Shown here: positions 58,644 to 64,000 of the stretch, in pieces | Layout: every line of letters begins with the position of its first letter | Numbering within the stretch: the stretch's first letter is position 1 | Assembly (NCBI GenBank): GCA_012295275.1 | Contig: CM022673.1 | Coordinates: forward strand, 1,798,001-1,862,000 | Reading direction: 5' to 3' | DNA: 64,000 nucleotides | DNA from: Chrysomallon squamiferum | Taxonomy: Eukaryota > Animalia > Mollusca | Program-made: the position numbers and the translations under genes | The notes under the pieces: generated by a model | What the model saw: only the letters and a program-made list of their open reading frames with translations | Database searches by the model: none | What the model was told of the DNA's origin: nothing

Positions 58644-58684
<41 letters not shown>

Positions 58685-59584
58685 AACAAAGAAACAAAAT
58701 CAACCAAAACCAAAACCAAATAACAAAAAATAACAAAGAAAAAGACAAAAACAAAACAACAACTACAAAACACGTTTATGTAACTACCATATTTTTTCCG
58801 TCAAATTTACTGTTAAACACCAGTCACTTGAAACGTTTACATCAGCTTTCCTGTTGTTGTTTTTCACAATAGAAATTTAAACAGAAATCCGTTAAAAACA
58901 AGTTTATATTGTCTACATGTGTTGATATTAATGTAATGAAAATGCATGTTTTCTTTTACCCAGATATCTAATTTCAAATTATCTGCTGTTGTATAATTTG
59001 TTTTGATATCTACCTACACATTTTGATCACAAATAAAGCGTGATGACGTAAGCACGCATTTTAATCTCTTCCTGCTTCTTGTGATTCAGGTTACAAGTTC
59101 AAATGACATCCAATTTAAATCATTCTTTTTTTAATGTGTGCACACACAATTTCGCTTCAAATTAATTATTAAAATGACATTCATTTTAAAAATATTGTGA
59201 TACAAACATGTTTTGACTACAAATTATGTGCTTAAATACAACGTAAAAACCTATTTAAGTGAATTCAAAAATGTTTTCGTGTTTTTATTACGTTCTTAAA
59301 GATTATTCAGATTCAAAAACGCATGTTAATGTTTTCCAAGATTTTATGATCTGTAGCGTAAATTAACCCTTTAACTGCTGTGGGACGAAGGAAGAAACGT
59401 TTGCTTGAACCACGCGCTCAGCACGTTTTTGATCAATCGCTAAGAACCAGCCGCACATTTGATGATGGCGGACGCTTCGTGACGTCACACAATCGAGTGT
59501 ACACTTTTTCAATTGCAGCAAGTAATATTTTGTCTTTATCTTCTCGCAGACAGGACAAAACGTAACCAAATCTCTGACAGAGAG

Positions 59585-59675
59585 TCAGGGAGTACCGGCT
59601 GGAACGAGAAATAGACTAAATGACGGTCTGAGCAGGATTGATCCTTGGACCAAAAACGCTACGAGCCAACGTTCT
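59585..59675 (-). mobile_element. SINE-like remnant (same family core, reverse orientation)
   Basis: GGCTGGAACGAGAAATAG at 59597-59614, identical over 18 nt to 26559-26576. Confidence 0.6.
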
Positions 59676-59801
59676 TTTGGGATAAGAAAATAAAAAGATA
59701 AGGTTTTTTATATATATATATATATGTTACTTTATTTTGTTATTTCTGTTAATAATCTTCTCTTACTTTCTTTATTTTCTTCTTCTTTTTCTTTTTCTTC
59801 A

Positions 59802-59832
<31 letters not shown>

Positions 59833-60072
59833 ACCATGTCTCTAGCCAAGTCTTATTGAGTTAAAGGTCTGATTGTCTGGTAGGAGAAACAAATTGTATT
59901 TGTCACTTCGAAAGTACAAGAATGTGGTTTCATTTATCTTTTTTTTTCTTCAAAGAAAAAAAAATTACATTATCGGCTTGAAGAAGAAGTAGTCTAAAGA
60001 AAGCGGATGTTATCATTCTACAGGTAATTTTTTCTTCTTTTTTTTTTATTTTTTTTTCATCTATTTTTTCGT

Positions 60073-60105
<33 letters not shown>

Positions 60106-60404
60106 CGATCTCTGAAAAGGACCAAAAGTACATACACCTAGAAAGGTGAAAGAAATGTACTGAAGAGACTTTTTCGTTAACAGAATACATAAAATTAGGT
60201 TAATGTTTACTGATTCATTTTATGATATTTTCCCCCCTCCTCAGTGTCTGTTTATTTATTGAATCTCTTAAAATTATTGATGTTAAAATATGAATCGTAC
60301 AAGTTCCTAATTTCAAATTTAATATACTTTTCACATTATTGTAAGGGAAAGAACAATGATCAAACATACAAAAGGTATATATACCATTTGTATATTTTAA
60401 AATA

Positions 60405-60440
<36 letters not shown>

Positions 60441-62090
60441 CCAGACGCACTTTAGCATTTATCAGATATACAGGTATATCACACATAATTTTTCATGAGG
60501 AATGCACGCTTGTTAGATGGTTTTCCTCAAAAAAGAGCCGAGCATGTCAATACTAATAACCACTGGTAAATGCAGAATACGATTTTTCTGAATCAGTCTA
60601 AAAAAGACAGTGTGAAAGATTTAACAAAGTAACCAAACGCGTGAAGAAATAATAGAACTGTTTGAAGTTATGAAAGCTCTTCACTGAACAGACGCTCTCA
60701 AGTAACAGTTAAATAATAACCACTATAAAATGTACATAAAAGTCCCTTTAAGAAATCTGTTGATCTGTTATGAATACACAGATATGCATGCCCAAGATTT
60801 AGGTTTTTATTTTCCTATACATGTATTGCCAAGCATCCGTATTTTCATATATACGTTAATTCAAAGCACTCGGAATTACTATTATAATGTGTGTGTGTGT
60901 GTGTGCGTAGATGTGTTTATGTGTGTTCGTCTCCATTACAGATATATCTGTCTTTCTATGTTACTGTTACAAATTCCTAAAATAGTTTTCCAACGATACG
61001 CCTCTCTATTTTTTCTCTTTTCTTTCTTTGAACCCAACATGTAACAACTCTTTTATCTTATTTTATTAATTAGTTTTGTTTTTATGTCACTTCCTCGTTC
61101 CATCTTCTAAGAGCATTTCATTAACATTTCGTTTTCTACCTTGATCACTCGTTCTGAAACTTGCTGCACTCACAAAATGTCACACGTTATGGCGTCACAC
61201 TTTCATAACAATACCTTCAAAGTAAAAAATAATAAATGAAAGAAAACGAAGACTCCATTTAATCATGACTAGGTCTATGGATGAATAAAGACGTGAGTGC
61301 TAGAGAGTAAATTGAATGTGAATGAATATTACAAGTGACTGAGGATAATGGACCGCTTGAATGGTGTTATGTTTTTGTGATGACTACACAAAGAAGCGTG
61401 TCCTTTTGTTGGGCCGGTTGACAAAAAAGCGAGAGCAGCTTTCTCTGAAATTGATGAGCAAAGCTTGTTAAGTGAAATACGACGGCAGCGGCGACAGTAA
61501 CGTGGCCGCGGGCGGTGCCGTAGTTGAGTGCTTGTTTCAGCAACATATGTAAGTGTGACGATCAATACGCATCTGCATTTTCAATACCTTAACACATTTC
61601 CGTGTAGATGTCCATGAAACGAGGCAAATAATTGCACCGCTTTTCACCATCAAAGCCCTCCCCTGGCAATTTATATTTTCGATGTTTTATTGATGCCTTA
61701 ATGTAGTTTTTAGATGTGTTTGCACTGAGGGCTAACGAACAGCCAAGAACAAAGACAATTTGCTTATTGCGTAGAAATTCAGAGCTTCCTGTGTAACATT
61801 TCAAGTAATTGATGGAAAGAAATTACGCAAATCTGCTGGGGATTAGATAAGGTTAGGAATTGGGGACATCGATAATCATAGGAAGACTTGTCGATCCAGC
61901 CACTGTGAGGTTTTGTCTGCAGAATACGAAATAAGCATAACAATGCAATGTGGTTAATATAATGGCATGCAACGAAGAGGAAAGAAAAAAATAAATGCAA
62001 TAGAGATGGAAAACCAAATTCAGAACATGGCTAAGTTAGAGCGAACTGAAAACATAAACATAAGGGCAAGAGAAAAGGAAAAAATAAAGG

Positions 62091-62093
62091 AAA

Positions 62094-62136
<43 letters not shown>

Positions 62137-62141
62137 ACAAA

Positions 62142-62172
<31 letters not shown>

Positions 62173-62468
62173 AAACAAACAAACAAATAAATAAACAAAC
62201 AAATAAATAAAACAAACAAACAAATAAATAAACAAACAAACAAATAAATAAACAAACAAACAAATAAATAAACAAACAAATAAATAAATAAACAAACAAA
62301 CAAACAAATAAATAAACAAACAAACAAACAAATAAATAAACAAACAAACAAATAAATAAACAAATAAATAAATAAATAAACAAACAAACAAACAAATAAA
62401 TAAATAAATAAACAAATAAACAAATAAATAAATAGATAAATAAATAAATAAATAAATACATAAATAAA
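62091..62468. repeat. (AAAT/AAAC)n tetranucleotide array with 20-24 bp higher-order units
   Basis: CAAATAAATAAACAAACAAA x3 at 62221-62280 within the array. Confidence 0.97.
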
Positions 62469-62708
62469 TGTTTTGTTTAGTGTAGGACTAACGTCAGGAA
62501 GGACAGTATGTTTGATTTTATAATCAATGAACGTTTAATGACATATTTCATAAAACCCTTTTCTTTGAACATTCTAAAGGCCACGAAAGCATGTATTATT
62601 TTTATAGTATGATAATATGAGAGAGGAAAGTGTCTTTTATTCTATGAAACTAAATGTGTTCTCATTACTGTTTTTGCTCTTATTATTTAAAACAGCAAGA
62701 GACTACTG

Positions 62709-62741
<33 letters not shown>

Positions 62742-63657
62742 TTATTACTACTGCTACTATTACTATTACTACTGCTATTACTACTACTACTACTACTACT
62801 ACTGCTACTAGTACAACTGCTACTGCTTTAAACGAAGGTGTTTGGGGAATATTTTGTTAAGGGGAGCAGATGGTTAATTTTCCCGAAATGTCCTACAGAA
62901 AAGAACACAAATAAATATCGGTTTCATCTTGGTTTGTCTAAACTTTCCTCACGAATTGTCCAGATACTGGAACGGCAGTTGCCCATCTGAGTAGTTCGCC
63001 CATGGCTAAAAAATATCTTAGTCATCATATATCTGAAAATAATGTACCGTTGACCTCATTTATAGAAAGTTTAAATTTATGATAATATTCATAAAAAATC
63101 GTTTACGGGGGCGTCGATAATATTCCATTCCTTTTTCCAGGATTATTTTTTTCCAGGAAATGAGGGATATGAGATAAGCGACCAATCACGCTGGACGGTT
63201 AGAATTCCGGTTTGCCCCGAGGATGACATTTACCCTGATTCATCGTGCAGTTCCATTCTCTTAGTGCAAGACGACAAGAATTAGTGTCTTCTGAACTGTT
63301 TCCTATGAAGTATTAAGAGTTCAGAGTCGCTCGGTTCTGATTTTAACTTTTCTCTTCTCTATTTAGTCGTGCAATCAGAGTCATATTCAGAGTTTTATTA
63401 AAGGGACTTGAACGAAATGAAATGAAGCCGAGTCTTTTGACAATCACGTGCGATTACACAACGGTTTCTAATAGCGCGTCTTTAGAAACTTGTCTGAAAA
63501 AAATAATAGTTCGTAGATAATGGGCAAGTTAGCGGCGGTTATTCACATCAAAACATTTTTTTTTTTTTTTTTTTTTTTTTGCTACTAAAGAGAAATGATG
63601 TGAAGCAAGGATAAATAGAAATTTGGGTCATAAAAATAATTATATTGTCAGTTCAGG

Positions 63658-63762
<105 letters not shown>

Positions 63763-64000
63763 AAATTAAAAAAAAAAAAAAAAAAAAAATAAAATAAAAT
63801 AAAATAAAAATAAAAATACTATTAAATAAATAAAAGTAAGAAAAAATAAATCAAAACCCCAAATCAAACTAAACACAACAAACAAGTCACACAAATAAAT
63901 AAATTTCATTGTGAGGAGGCAACAATGTGTCCTTTCTAATTTTCTTCCCTTATTTTCTTGAAAGACTTTGAAAGAATTACGAAGAACATTTAAAAAAAAA

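Overview
AT-rich, microsatellite-dense animal genomic DNA. An invertebrate, probably a mollusc or gastropod, is inferred from protein divergence and repeat style. The window is dominated by one multi-exon minus-strand gene encoding GABA-B receptor subunit 2 (class C GPCR, GABBR2). I traced 17 coding exons by hand from 42472 down to 388. All have GT-AG boundaries and compatible phases, and they join into one 2331-nt frame (776 aa + stop): Venus flytrap domain, no cysteine-rich domain, 7 TM helices, C-terminal coiled coil. The first exon (signal peptide) was not found and probably lies beyond 64000. The 3' end is ambiguous because the stop codon overlaps a splice donor. Nearly all other ORFs in the track are simple-repeat artefacts. 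Introns hold SINE-like remnants, minisatellites and many microsatellites. The most unusual signal is that several exon boundaries are flanked by old tandem duplications of the exon-intron junction itself, giving arrays of intact-looking extra splice donors (12975-13505) and acceptors (42455-43035, 22233-22382). There is also a fold-back microsatellite palindrome inside a 17-bp direct repeat (47626-47782). I found no prokaryote-type system (CRISPR, operon) and no demonstrably new gene system. The splice-site arrays are the best candidate for undescribed biology, but their function is untested.
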